A DNA stretch of 64,000 bases from Octopus vulgaris (Eukaryota), in contig OX597819.1 in the NCBI GenBank assembly GCA_951406725.2, forward strand, positions 113,584,001 to 113,648,000, in the 5' to 3' direction. Of the stretch, positions 40,731 through 54,731 are shown in pieces (within the stretch, counting starts at the first letter, position 1; every line of letters begins with the position of its first letter). The position numbers and the translations under genes are program-made. The notes below the pieces were generated by a model that saw only the letters and a list, made by a program, of their open reading frames with translations, had not been told where the DNA came from and did not search any database.

Positions 40731-41880
40731 TTAATCTAAAAACATACTCTCTTTCATTTTCTACAATGCTCTTCCATCTATCTGGTAGTGTTCCAAAATT
40801 CACTTGTCCATGATGAAAAATTCTCCAGTACTGTTCTGACCTCGTCTACAGAATTTATATATTTTCCGTCCAAATGATTTTGAAGACTGCGGAATAAATG
40901 ATAATCAGATGGGGCAATATCCAGCAAATATGGTGGGTGGAGCATCGTTTCCCGTTCAAAGTGCTCCAGACTTTGAAATGTCATCCTTACTATATGTGGC
41001 TGAGCATTATCCTAATGGAAGAACACTTTTTGTCTTGAAACCAAAGATGGTCATTTTTCTTATAGCGCTGACTTAAGCTGCTCAAGCTGCTCACAGTAGA
41101 TCTTCTTTGATATCAGTTAGTTTGGGTTTAAAAGTTCAAAGTGGGTTAAACCTTTCAATACCCCACTAAACAGATAACAATGCCTTACATGGGTGTAAAC
41201 CTTCTTTAGCCCAGGGTGCTGGTGTTTCTCCCTTCCCTACCCACTGTCTTCAATGCTTGACATTTTTATAGAGAACCCATTTCTCATCACCAGTCACTGT
41301 TTGGTCCAAAAAAGGTTCATCCATGCGACACGATAACAGAGAAGAGCATACGTTCACTCTTTGCATGTGATTAGATTTGGAAAGTTTATGAGGAATCCAT
41401 TGACCCGATTTCTGTCTTTTCCGAGGGCACACAGGTGTCAATGAATGATTGAATGACCCAATACAAGCTTCTCTGCTAATTCCTCAATAGTTATGATGGG
41501 ATTTTCTTCAAACAGGGCTTGCAAGACATCCTTGTTGAGCCCTACAGATCTTCCAGGATGAAGCTTATCTTCTAGGTTGTAGTTTCCGGCTCTGAATTTC
41601 TGGAACCACCATTGACACTGCCTTACGCTTATTGTCCAATCCCCATATACTGCATTAATATTCCTCACACTGAATATGTTCCTTTGTCACTTCCATTATA
41701 GCTTTGAAAAAATAACTGTTAAAATAAAACTGCACTCTTCAAAACTTGCACCAAGAATAAAAGCAAGGTAAAATTACTTCCTGCTTTTATAGCAAGTTGA
41801 TGCAGATAGTTTATTCTGTCCCCCTCCAACTTTTAGTTCATGCAATTGAGAAAACTGCATTATTTGTGGGATGATCCAAA
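40731..41880 (-). mobile_element. Decayed mariner
   Basis: MEVTKEHI start (about 41696), WFQKFRAG, WIPHKL, VTGDEKW, PYLLDIAPSDYHLFRSLQN; 5' TIR-like end near 41880. Confidence 0.88.
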
Positions 41881-43947
41881 ATACACACACACACACATGC
41901 ACACACATGCACACACACACACTCACACACACACACAGAGTTAGAATCAAGGAGTCTGAAAGTAAGCATAGCAAAGATAAAAATTTTTTAGCAAGAATGA
42001 AAACAAGACCCTATGGCTACCAGTCTATTTCAAAAGCAAAGTAACTAGATTTAGCAACTGGATGGAAAACATTCAGATAATTATATTCTCTGCTGATAAC
42101 AAAACATTTTTCTCTGTTTAGAGGGCGGATTGTATAGTGCTAACATGCAAAATTTGATTTTTGCCTGATTGGGAAGAATGGACATTGACTGGGTGGTGGT
42201 GGTGGTGGGGTATGTGAAGGCTGGAAAACAATTAAGCGAATATGTTCTGCTGAATGTGTAATATTACTATGCATAAACAATGTTACAGAGCTGAGTTGAG
42301 TTGAGCAATGAGAGAAATCAGATCTAGTTAAAAAAATGGAAAGACTATGTATGGGGGTGGTGGTTAAAGAAGTGCTTAGTAATCTAAGTTGAAGGAACCT
42401 GTTGAAGAAGAAGGCCAAGGTAGATATGGGAAGTAGTGAATGTTAATCTTAGAAGGATGAACCCAATGCAGAATATGACAAAGGACTGCAACAAGTGGCT
42501 GCATGCTGTGCTGAAGATGATTCTTCTGACCTGTGCAAGTACAGAAAAAAAGATCTAATATAATGATGTTGATGCTGGCGGTGGTGGAAGTAGCTGGGGC
42601 AACGATGGCGATGGTGGGAAAGATTCACCAGTGAATCGACTTAAAACAGGGCTGAAGGGTTTTTGGAAAAGGCACCAAGACAATGGAAATATCTGTGTGA
42701 TCAACGTTGTTGCTGAGCCCCAGCAGACCTATGATCAAAGGCATTACAGCTGTGACCTTCAATGTTGACAACTTTCATCCATCTGGGATCAGTTAATTAA
42801 AGTATTGGACTTAATTGAACTAATGATAACCTCCACCCCAATACTTCTGTAAAGCATCCTTGATGTGAAAGGAATTATAGTAGCAGCAGGATATTTCAAC
42901 GTAAGAAGCCGGCAAAGGTTGAAAGAAGTGAGGAATAGTATTGGTGGCGAGCTGGCAGAAACGTTAGCACTCTGGGTGCAATGCGTAGCTGTATTTCGTC
43001 TGCCGTTACGTTGTGAGTTCAAATTCCGCCGAGGTTGACTTTGCCTTTCATCCTTTCGGGGTCGATAAATTAAGTACCAGTTACGCACTGGGGTCGATGT
43101 AATCGACTTAATCCATTCGTCTGTCCTTGTTTGTCCTCTCTGTGTTTAGCCCCTTGTGGGTAGTAAAGAAATAGGTATTGGTGTAGTTGCATGCAATTAA
43201 TAGAGTGTCTTCTATGCCTTTTCATTCGGATGTTTTTGATCTTTTAATGTTTGAAGCTTCAGTTTCTGGTTTGTCTGTGCTAGTTGGCCTACATGTCCAT
43301 GCTGGCTAATTGCTGTGTGTTGTCTTGGTTAGGTATTTAGCCAAGGCATTTGGTAGCTGATTGGAATTCGAATGCAGAATTCCCAGAGCCAGAATGAAAG
43401 GTGCTCAAACAATTCCCTAGACTGGGACTTTATTTATTGAAAGGCTAAGTTGACCTTGGTGGGATTTGATTTCAGAGAGCAGAGGAATTGGAGATTGGAA
43501 GGGGCCAGTTAACATTGTGAATTAAACTGCATGTCTGTTGGAACAGTTAACTAGAACAGAATCTATGGGAACAACTGAAAAAGAAGCTAAATATGGCCGA
43601 TTATCTGTGGAAACAGTTGACATAATAAAAATAAACAGGAGGGGAATGTTAATCTGTTGGACTGGTTAATATAACCAAAATGGAAACATAATTGGAACAG
43701 AGGCTGGATAGAAGCAATTATGTGAGAACTGTTAACAAAGTTGGATTGTACAGTATGTGGAACACATAAAAAAAAAGTTGGCTAGCCAGAAATTTGATTG
43801 ATGCAATTAACTAATGAACAGTGAATATAACTGCAGTAGTAATTACAGTGAAATGATGTTTAATTGAAGAATTGTTAAAATATCTTGTTGGTGAATTTAT
43901 ATGTGTATATGTTAGTTTACATATATGTGTGTGTGCCTGTATGTATA

Positions 43948-44620
43948 TCATCATCATCATCATCATCGTTTAACGTCCGCTTTCCATGCTAGCATGGGTT
44001 GGACGGTTCAACTGGGGTCTGGGAAGCCCGAAGGCTGCACCAGGCCAGTCAGATGTGGCAGTGTTTCTACAGCTGGATGCCCTTCCTAACGCCAACCACT
44101 CCGAGAGTGTAGTGGGTGATTTTATGTGCCACCGACACAGGTGCCAGACGAGGCTGGCAGACGGCCACGCTCGGATGGTGTTTTTTATGTGCCACCGACA
44201 CAGGTGCCAGACGAGGCTGGCAGACGGCCACGCTCGGATGGTGTTTTTTATGTGCCACCGACACAGGTGCCAGACGAGGCTGGCAGACGGTCACGCTCGG
44301 ATGGTGTTTTTTATGTGCCACCGACACAGGTGCCAGACGAGGCTGGCAGACGGCCACGCTCGGATGGTGTTTTTTATGTGCCACCGACACAGGTGCCAGA
44401 CGAGGCTGGCAGACGGCCACGCTCGGATGGTGTTTTCTTATGTGTCACCGACACAGGTGCTAGACGAGGCTGGCGGACGGCCACGCTCGGATGGTGTTTG
44501 TTACGTGCCCTCAGCACGGAGGCCAGTCATTGCGGTACTGGCTACGGTCACGTTCGGATGGTTTTCTTATGTGCCACCGGCACTGGTACCACAAGGATAC
44601 AAATTCCATTGATGTTCATC
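43948..44620 (-). mobile_element. Retroposon family C copy with an expanded internal tandem array
   Basis: Flanking parts collinear with 19731-20097. Confidence 0.88.
44124..44502. repeat. 63-bp tandem repeat, six near-identical units
   Basis: Units start at 44124, 44187, 44250, 44313, 44376 and 44440; a divergent unit follows at 44503. Confidence 0.95.
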
Positions 44621-44662
44621 TATATTTGCATATGTATATTTACTTGTACTTGGAAGCTTGCT

Positions 44663-44693
<31 letters not shown>

Positions 44694-45119
44694 CAAATAT
44701 GTATGTCAATATAGATTTTAGTTTGAATTTGTGTATATGCATGTGGATGGGTGTGTATACATGTGTTTGCACTCACGTGTGTATGTGGTAAGTTTGTCAG
44801 TGCTTGCATATGTGTGTATAAACACGAAATCTAAATCCTGTAAAGTCAGTCAGACATGTTCTAACACGCCTTACAGCTGTGCTTGCCTTTATTATTTCTA
44901 CCAAATGTTTCTCGTAGATTTAGTAAATATTTCACTGCAATAGTAGCAGCAGCACTCATTCACTGGACAGTACATGCACCTGCTTTTACTAAAAGCTCAA
45001 AGTTCAAGTAGATAATGACCACTGCCACCACTACCAACAACAACAACAACATCTGTGCTGCTCATGTTTCGGGAAACAATCAATTGATAGCAATACTCAA
45101 AATAGATGCTGCCATTTTA

Positions 45120-45339
45120 CAGTAATCCCTTGCCATATCGTGGTTCACCTATCGTGGTTTATTATTTAAGCTTAAGTCAATTCCTCCTTGATGTTGTTTT
45201 GCATTTATAGTAAAATAAATAAATACAAATTATAAAAATGATAAACATAAAATACAGTACAGTACTGTTTCTACTTTGCAGATTTTCACCTATCATGGGG
45301 CGGTTTTGGAACGTAACTCTCATGATAGTCTAGGGATTA

Positions 45340-45342
<3 letters not shown>
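45120..45342. mobile_element. Tigger/pogo-like MITE
   Basis: TA TSD; TIRs cagtaatccct / agggattactg. Confidence 0.8.
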
Positions 45343-45390
<48 letters not shown>

Positions 45391-46320
45391 TATAGATATG
45401 GTGATGCAAGCAAGAAAAATAGAACTCAGAATATGCAGGAGTGGCTGTGTGGTAAGTAGCTTGCTTACGAACCACATGGTTCCGGGTTCAGTCCCACTGC
45501 GTGGCACCTTGGGCAAGTGTCTTCCACTATAGCCTCGGGCCAACCAAAGCCTTGTGAGTGGATTTGGTAGACAGAAACTGAAAGAAGCCCGTCGTAAATG
45601 TATATATATATATATATATATACATATATATATGTATATGTGCGTGTATGTTTGTGTGTCTGAGTTTGTTCCCCTAGCATTGATTGACAACCGATGCTGG
45701 TGTGTTTATGTCCCCATCACTTAGCGGTTCGGCAAAAGAGACCAATAGAATAAGTACTGGGTTTTCAAAGAATAAGTCCCGGGGTCGTGTTGCTCGATTT
45801 AAGGTGGTGCTCCAGCATGGCCGCAGTCAAATGACTGAAACAAGTAAAAGAGAGTAAAGATATATATATATATATATATATTTATTAATATTTAGGTGAA
45901 GCAGCAGACTGACTCAAGGGCTGAGAGTTTCATTATATATGTTTTAATAATTGGCTGGAGTTACAGAGTGACTTAAACACCGAGAGTTCCATGCATTGGT
46001 ACTTACTAATGCATGAAACTTTTGACCCTTGTGTCACTGTAACTTCTATTGATTATTAACACACACACACACACACACATTTATATATTTACATTATGAG
46101 TTCTATTTTCCTGCTTGCATCACCATATATATATATATATATATTCTTTATTTTCTCTATTTTCTCTCTTTATTTTCTCCTTGTTTCTTTCTGTGGAAGA
46201 GCATAGGCTCAAAACGTTAAATATTTTTTCACTTCCTGAGCATTAAACTAATACATCTGTTTGTTATCTACACCACCTGTCTTTGTCTTTTGTTTTTTGT
46301 GAATTCTACTTATCTATATC

Positions 46321-46351
<31 letters not shown>

Positions 46352-46478
46352 ATTTGTTTTAGCAAGATTCTTGATGTGAGATTGTGTGTTGAAACAGATA
46401 TCGTACTTTGTGATGGTCATATTTTGCCAATGAAAAACACATGCTCTCTATATATATGGTCTTCACTTCAGCTTTATA

Positions 46479-46546
46479 ATTATTATTATTATTATTATCA
46501 TTATTATTATTATTATTACTATTATTATCATCATTATTATTATTAC

Positions 46547-46585
<39 letters not shown>

Positions 46586-46596
46586 TTATTATTATT
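46479..46596. repeat. (TAT)n microsatellite
   Basis: Direct reading. Confidence 0.95.
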
Positions 46597-47526
46597 AAGG
46601 TGGTGCGCTGGCAGAATCATTAGCATGCTGGTCAACATGTTTAGCAGTATTTCACTCATTGTTACATTCTGAGTTCAAATTCCACCAAGGTCGATTTTGC
46701 CTTTCATCATTTTGGGGTCACTAAAATAAGTACCCATTGAACACTGGGGTTAATGTAATCAACTTTGTCCCCTCCCCCAAAATTGCTGCCTTTGTGGCAA
46801 AATTTGAAACCGTTATTATTATTATTATTTTAGTTTCTTTGTCAAAGCTCTTTCATCACACATCCTGTAACCTCTTCAATGACTCAATATCCCACTAGTC
46901 TCCTTCTGTTCTACTTATTCCATTCAGACAAAATGAACTAAGCAGAACAAGAGGAGACACATGGGACAAAGAATCACTGAAGAGGTCACAGGAGTTGTGA
47001 CAAATGAGGTTTGAAAATGAACCTAAAATAATAATTATAATAAAGCTGAAGTGAAGGCCAAATATATTGTGCATGTGTTTAGTTGGCAAAATATGACCAT
47101 CACCGTATATATATTCATACACACACACACATGCACAAATACACATGCATACATATATACGCACACACATACTTATATGCGCACACACACATATACATAT
47201 ATGCACACACACACCCATACATACATACAAAAACACATGCACACAACACACGCATGCATACACAAATATATGCACACACACACACACACATTTTAACTAA
47301 TGTCTATTCTTTAAATCCTTCTAGGTTTGATAAAGTACCAGTGATATACAGAATAAACCTGACTGTAACTTCTCTTCACATTTTTAGTTTAGCAAAAATC
47401 ATAATTATTATTTTATATTTCAGGGAGCAATCTCAAAAGTTTTAGGCTCAAATCTGCTACAAGCATTTCATTATGTATTCTACATTATCCAATGTAATCA
47501 ACCAGGTTACCAGTAATTGTTACTAG

Positions 47527-47684
47527 CAGGGGCAAACTGAGCATATTAAGGGCCCTCAGGTGTAATTGTTTACTGGGCCCCTTTGAATGTGTCTTTCAGT
47601 AGAGTTAACATATAGCGTGCAGGCCCCTTAGAGCTCCAGGCCCTTGGGCAGTGTCCAATTGACCGATGGCTCAGTCCTTCCCTG
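47527..47684. mobile_element. hAT-type MITE
   Basis: Ends caggggcaaactgagc / gctcagtccttccctg; 8-bp TSD gttactag / gttgctag. Confidence 0.75.
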
Positions 47685-48815
47685 GTTGCTAGGAAATGTT
47701 AGGTGAAAGAGACCAGTGACCCATTTAGAGTGTAGGATCATTGAACACTGTATCTCTTATTTGCTTAAGTCTAAGGAACTGAACCTAGACTTAAAAGCCC
47801 AGTAAAGGCTTCTAAAACATTTCCTATATGTTATTCATATAGTAGTTTTTTAGCCTCAGATCAGCACTGATCAAGGAAACCTATAATCAAAGACATTCCA
47901 GTTGCAACTATATAGTCTTTCTTTTCTTTTTTCAGACACAGTGTATTCAGGACTAGATATTCCAGTGTCCTTCTTTTAAAATGGTTGTATGTGATTTGAG
48001 GGAGTTTTTTCTATCATTAGCATACTAATAGAATGTTCCTATGTCTTAGCCTTTTCTCAATATATATGTAACTTCACTACTCTAATCCTTAAATCCTGAA
48101 AGTCTTACATAGTTTTCTATTTCCTGCTGATTCAACACAACCTGATTGTCATTTCAAGCGGAAGTCAGTTGACCTCACTAATCTATCTCATTAATCCGCC
48201 AATAATCCTGGTAAGCCAACAACCTACACTCAACTAGATCCTCATTTCAAGAGGAAGCTGATTCGCTTCACAAATTCCCCGCTAATATCCTCGTAACCTA
48301 TATTCAGACTGGTGGACCGATCTATTTGAGAGTTAAGTATCTCGGTCATGGATGCTACATGGTTTTCAAATGACAGACAATTATGAATCCAGTAGGTGAC
48401 CCCCATGGCTGGTTATCCAGTACCCTATTGACTCCTCTCTTCCCAATTTAAGTTATCTTTCTAACTTATTCCATGTAATGGTGTGAGATAAAAAGGCAGT
48501 TGTCAACTTTATGAAATCAGAAGACATGTGGCCAAATGGTTGAAACGCTGTACTCATGATTGCAAAATTGTAGTTTCGATTCCCGGACTGGGTGGTGTGT
48601 TGTGTTCTTGAGCAACACACTTCATTTCCTATTGCTCTGGTCCACTCACCTGTAAATGAGTAACCCCGTGACAGGCTGGCATCCCTTTCAGTCACTTATT
48701 TGGCATGGAAACTAGGTAACCAACCCTATGAGTCCTCAAACTCAAGACAGTAATATCCAGAGGTTGATGATGATATAAGATCAGAAGTATCCATTCATTG
48801 ATCAATGCTATTTAA

Positions 48816-49035
48816 CCCTTTCAATACCAACCCGCTTGAAACCACCTCTGGCTCTGTGTACAAATGTCTTGTTTTTATGAGTTTTTAATTAAAATCTTCC
48901 ACTAAATCTTAGTCACAATTCATGTTCCCAACACTAGCTTAATGATAACTAAGTTATATTACTAAATTCTTTGTTATATTTAAAGTAATTGAAAGAAACA
49001 CAGAGCATCTCAAAATAAATACAATAACGAAAGGG
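48816..49035. mobile_element. piggyBac-type MITE (220 bp), inverted relative to 23328-23547
   Basis: TTAA TSDs; ccctttc / gaaaggg ends; interior is the reverse complement of the other copy. Confidence 0.85.
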
Positions 49036-50662
49036 TTAATATGTTTAGTCAGGAGATGTTTCAGCTGTGAGCATCTTCTTTTAGGTTTTCAAATGAGGTA
49101 TCTTTAATTCCCTGATGGCAAACTAAGCCAAGGCAGTGTAGAAAAATAAAGTGCCCTACCTAGAAACAATCTGCCTGATGCAGATTTGAACTCACGATCA
49201 GATTGTCAAATTTCCTATTAACTCAACCATTTCACCACCATCTCTATATTGATGTTATATACGCACACCATCCAACCTCAAAAACATCATCACTACAACA
49301 TTACAAGACAATAAGGGACTTTCTACAAGGTCGTTTGACCTGCAAAAAATAGCATCTAAATTTACTTCAAATTATAGCTTACTGTCTTTGGTATAACTAA
49401 AGATTTGTGCCCACCCACACATGTCCGATTTTCTTTTTAATTTTCTGAAAAATACATATTTTTTAATGAAATTTCCCAGAGATACATTTTAAAAGGCATA
49501 GATCAAGGCTATATTAGAATTTGCTGTGAAATTTTTTTCCAGAGGGATGGTGAAGAGTTTTGATGATTTATGCACCTCACCTTTCTTTCCTCATACGTTT
49601 TGATGAGGTGTGGGAAATATTCAGTCACCATTTTTGTTCCACATCAAATTCATATATAATCGTAATCTACCCCATATAAAACCTGTTTGTTGAAAATTTT
49701 ATTGAAAAAAATATTCATTTTTTAGGTCATGAGAAAACAAAATCTGTGTTGATGGCATACATGTAGTTATGTCATCATCATCATCATCGTTTAACGTCCG
49801 TTTTCACTGCTAGCATGGGTGGGACGGTTCAACCGGGGTTCAGGAAGCCAGGAGGCTGCACCAGGCCCCAGTCTGATCTGGCAGTGTTTCTACAGCTGGA
49901 TGCTCTTCTTAACGCCAACCACTCCGTGAAAGTAGTAGGTGCTTTATACGTAACACCAGCACAGGGGCCAGAGGAGGCTGGCAACAACCACGATTGGTTG
50001 GTGCTTTGTACGTGTCACCAGCACGGATGCCAGTCAAGGCAGCGCTGGTATCGGCCACATTCGGATGGTGCTTTTTACATGCCACTGGCATAGGTATCAC
50101 AACTGCAATTTCCATTTGATTTTTATTTTGATGTTGATGTACTTGACTCAATAGGTCTCCTCAAGCACAGCAGGTCACCCTCATCTTTAAAAACAAAAGA
50201 GACATTAGAAAATAGTTCAGTAGTTAAAGATCCCATTAGCATTATGCCTGAAAAAAATTGTCATAATTGGAACACCTTCGATCATAGTCAGTCTTCTCAA
50301 TCAGAGCTAACCTGTTGTTGAATAAAACAAAATAGGAAAGCTTCTCACAGACTATTGTTTCCTTTCGTCTCTTTTTTTTATGTCCTTTTTATACATACAC
50401 TCACAAATGTGTGTGTGTGTGTATGTAATTAAATAAATTATGTGTGCTCTTTCCTCCCATGGCCTTCGGATATATTTCCCATAGAAAATAGTTCAAAGCA
50501 TGACTTTTAGGATTCATTCATTTATCCTTTGGTTTATTTCCGTTACACTATTTTTGTTTTATATTGAAATTCTCCCTCACTTCACCATATGTTTAGCTCT
50601 CTTTCCTCTCTCGTTACTGTTTCTATAACTCATTCAATGTTTCTATTAGTTTTGTATTTTTA

Positions 50663-51940
50663 CTAGTAGAGGTACCCAGCGTTGCTCGGGATTAAAACGG
50701 CATACTTTGTATATCTACTACATATGTGGGAAATTCTGTCTGTGGGTGTGTTTGTGGAGTTGTTAGCTAACTCCTCCCACATCGTTTTACCGATTTTGAT
50801 GAAATTTGAAATGTGAGTAGAGCTCATGTCTGAAAACCTTATGGCATATTCAGATTGTTGAACAAATTGATAACAGGGCTCATGGCGGGGAACCTTATAT
50901 ATATCTAATATATTTCATTTTACCAGTCAAGGGAAATAATCCATTCGCCCAGATTTTAACAGCCAAGGGAAATAACCCATTCATTTTCCTAAATCATTTG
51001 GTATAAATCAAATTAAGTATGCTTATTTCTTAGTATTTGAACTGTTAGAGTTATTTTTGCAATTTATCCAGTACAACCCTTAAACAACAGAAACACACAC
51101 ACACACTCAGACACATATACACTCATACACTTACACATATACACTCACAGACACAAACTCATACAAAATATGACATTGTCGTCGAATGCGGAAACACTCT
51201 CGCACACACACTGACAGACATATACTCATCGATACACTGACAGACACACACACTCATTTACAAAATGCGATGTCGTCGTTGTCGTCATCGTGGTATAAAA
51301 TGTCTTGTACTGTAGTTAAGTATAAAAAGATTATCTCTATAAAATGTTACTTTGTTTTAATCGAAATGAAAAAAGATTATGTTGAACTCCTGGGGTGTGA
51401 TACTATTACCTTGTAAAATTTAATTTGATTTGGTGGAACCATTTGAAAATGCATTGGGAACAGACAGAGAGACAAATAATTTTATATATATGGATTAACA
51501 AATAGAAGCGCATATACGAACTGCTAATTTAACGGTAAATCCCGCAATACCTAAATTTCTTAATATCTAACTGTAATTACCTTGCAACTGTAAATAGCTT
51601 GCAAGTGCTGCGATAATTATTAACTGGTAATTGAACGGTAAACTTGTATTTTTATATATGTTAGACTTAGTGTTATCACATTAGAATTAAAAGCGAAAGA
51701 ATAAAAGTGAAACAATATTCGCTTTTGACACGTAATACCGAACCAGTCTAAAAGATTGCTCCGAGCCTGCATAAAACAAGAAGCTAAAATTATTTTGGCC
51801 CATGACACTCCATGGACCCAAAGTAATCATGTGTAAAATCTGAATGAAATCGGTTGGGTACTTCTCCAGTTTTAGGTATTCACACATACAGACAGACACA
51901 CACACGCATTCTCAGTTATACATATATATATATATATAGA
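50663..51940 (-). mobile_element. Non-autonomous Helitron (composite)
   Basis: Minus strand starts TCTATATATA and ends cccgagcaacgctggg hairpin + CTAG, followed by T; ccgatttcattcagatttt motif near the 5' end. Confidence 0.7.
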
Positions 51941-52905
51941 CAGACTAAACACAATCTCTCACACAAAGTATATTTTTTTACCATTTCTGAACCTCTTATC
52001 CTGTTTTACACACATGCACTTCTCTCTCTCTCTCTCTATTGAGGACTATAGCTTATTCAATTGATTCCATCGTCTATTAACTAGGATTTATATTATTAAA
52101 TCCGGGAGGATAAGTGTCATAGTTGACCCAATAATAAAAGTAAAATAACGTACAACTGATAAGGTTATGTACCATGAGACGTGCACTTCTGATATTTCGG
52201 GCAGGGTCCATCTTCTCATCAAATAGGCGTAATGCCTGGTAAAAACGTTGATTTTTAGCTGGAAGGAATTGAGTTGATCGATCTTAGTGCTTAACTGGTT
52301 GGTACTTATTTCATGAACTTTTCAGAAACGAAGAGCCAAATCAGATGTTCTGCCTCCGGCAGAATTTAAGAACAGATAAGTAGTAAAATATCTAAAGGAA
52401 TTCTGCCAACTAACATCACTATTCGTCTCCTGTAATTAAGCGAACATCTACGCCATACACAGGATCGTCGAAATAGCATTATACGTCAAAGTGATGCATT
52501 GGAAACCTTATATACATAACAACATTGGGCTGTTATGTATAAACTCGTGGGGCACCGAAAAACTTCCCAGTATGCTCATACCTGGCCATGGTTTTCCTTT
52601 TAGTAATGTCAGATTGTAAGTGCATAAAACATATGGGAGCATATTTCTACCGAGGAAAAATAATTGAATCTTTAATTTTAGAAATTCACAGGTGTGCGTG
52701 CAACCACACTAATCAACATCAATTAAAATGTTATAATGTATTAACCAGATAGTTATGATGCTTTGAATACTGAAACGCCGCAATTTCATTAAATTTAAAT
52801 TATTGATTTAAATTTAATGAAAGATTGGCTCTGCTTTGTTTTGGAAAACTCAAAGATGTTAGACGGGATTGATGATACAATTCTTGGTTGGTTTACAAAA
52901 TTATT

Positions 52906-53520
52906 TACAAGAGTGGGCCGAAATGTTCATAAGTTTACTACGAAGGAGTGATGCTAGAGCTGTGAAACGTTGCATGCTTTAATTTCAATCCATCTTATTA
53001 ATAACTTATTGTTTCTTTGCAAGTAAAGTGACATTTGACTGTTCAAAGATGACTTCAAAAGTTACTAGTAACGACTCTCTTGAAAATGGACAAAATTTGG
53101 CATCGTGGTGTTATCAAGTACCTGCAGAAAAAGGGTTAGCCCCCAACGACATTCATGCTGATATGGTTGCTACATTAGGGGATGAATCTACAGCTTTATC
53201 AACAGTGCAAAAGAGGGCAACGGAGTTTAGGAAGGAAAGGAAGAGTCTTGAAGATGACCTAACGTCTGGACGTCTTGCAATTGACACCACCAAGGAAATC
53301 ATTGAATACAGACAATTGACTATAAACCAGATAGCTGATGCTGTTAGTATATCTCGTGAGGGAGTTGAGAATATGCTGCACAATGAACTTGGCATGACGA
53401 AGGTTTCTGCTCGGTGGGTGTCACGTTTTCTAACGCCAGGTCAAAAGTACATCAAGCTGATCGCGCCACGGAAATAAGTTTTACATAGTTTGAGGCAGAT
53501 CCAGCAGGTTTCCTGTGAAA
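52906..53520 (+). mobile_element. 3'-truncated mariner remnant
   Basis: MDKIWHRGVIKYLQK, then after a frameshift ...IHADMVATLG...SLEDDLTSGR...LGMTKVSARWVSRFLT (WVPR-like); TIR-like start near 52906. Confidence 0.85.
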
Positions 53521-53689
53521 CTTTTCCGCCGACTCTCTTGTCTATAAATCTAGCTTGAATATTGAGAAAAATTGTCCATATTGGAAATTGACGGAAGGCA
53601 GTGGTACAGTTTACAAAGTTTGATTCTTCAAAAGGGGTATGTTTTTCAATATCTTCAGACATGATCGTTGGCACTCCGGGTAAAATGCT

Positions 53690-54731
53690 GGTGGAGTTCG
53701 GATCGAAACACGTACGGAAACCCCTCAGAACTTTTTATTTTTATGAATTTTCACAATTTTTTTTTTCGATTCTGTTTTCTGCACAATGGAATTAATACAA
53801 TTATCCAATTTAAATAAAAGGATCTAGTTAATTTCATTCACAAAATGAGCCCCCTTTAATTTTGCTCAGATTGATTTTCAATTTTGGTGTATCAATGCAA
53901 CTCTGAATTTTGGTTATGATCAACCAATTACTTTATCTCGTAAATTAAAGAATTTGATGTTATTTGGAATTAAAGTTGGGAAATTTGGGTAGTGAGGCAT
54001 TAACAGCTTGTTATCAGGACAACTACACGCTATATTGTGTTTCACTTCTGTGCCACACATTGTTCTGTGTTGATTCTTCACACCACAAGATTCTTTTCAC
54101 CTGCGTGTTTTGTTTTAATTTTCCTGTGTGTTAGCATATTACATATTTTTGACCAGTGTTATTCTTATCGTAGTTTACAAATCCTAGCATGAAAACGTTA
54201 CTCAACTTTGGAATTTTGGAGACACACACACCCGCACTTGTATATTAATGATGTACACAAATACATGACAGGTGTGTATAATACTGAAATACGCATAAAG
54301 TAAACACATGCAGACAAATATATTAATATAACAAATTAAAAACAAATAATAAAAACATACAATCAATGAAGAGATAAAAGAAACAGTAGGATGATACATG
54401 TTGATTTTTATTAGGTATTTCTGTTTATTTTCCTCCATTTTTTTCTTCACATCATACCTTCATAGTAATAAGAGTGGAAAACCACAAAAAAAAAAAAAGA
54501 AAGTGCAGATTTTGTGAATCAGTTGAAGTAGACCCCCAACCCGATTAATATTTTACTCCCGCTTCCCTAATTCCAATACTTTCCACTGTTTTTCGAATTT
54601 TTTCTCTTTATAATTTCAAAATAATTTTTTTAGATACATCGAATTCAAAATTGAAAAAGTTTTAAACAATCGCGCATGCGTTATGGCCTGTTACGAAGGG
54701 TTTCAGTACGTGCTTCGAACCGAATTCCACC
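53690..54731. mobile_element. Non-autonomous TIR transposon with 8-bp TSD (Merlin-like), inserted in a family A SINE
   Basis: Imperfect TIRs of about 37 bp, ggtggagttcggatcgaaacacgtacggaaacccctc / gaagggtttcagtacgtgcttcgaaccgaattccacc; exact TSD aaaatgct at 53682-53689 and 54732-54739. Confidence 0.85.

Noticed and set aside
44124-44580. CRISPR-like array or repeat-protein gene
   Set aside because: Units are contiguous and near-identical with no unique spacers, there are no cas genes, and the context is a eukaryotic retroposon. The ORFs arise from the 63-bp period.
53441-53674. 77-aa minus-strand ORF as exon 2 of the candidate gene
   Set aside because: Starts in a SINE head fragment and runs into a mariner remnant; no acceptor site.
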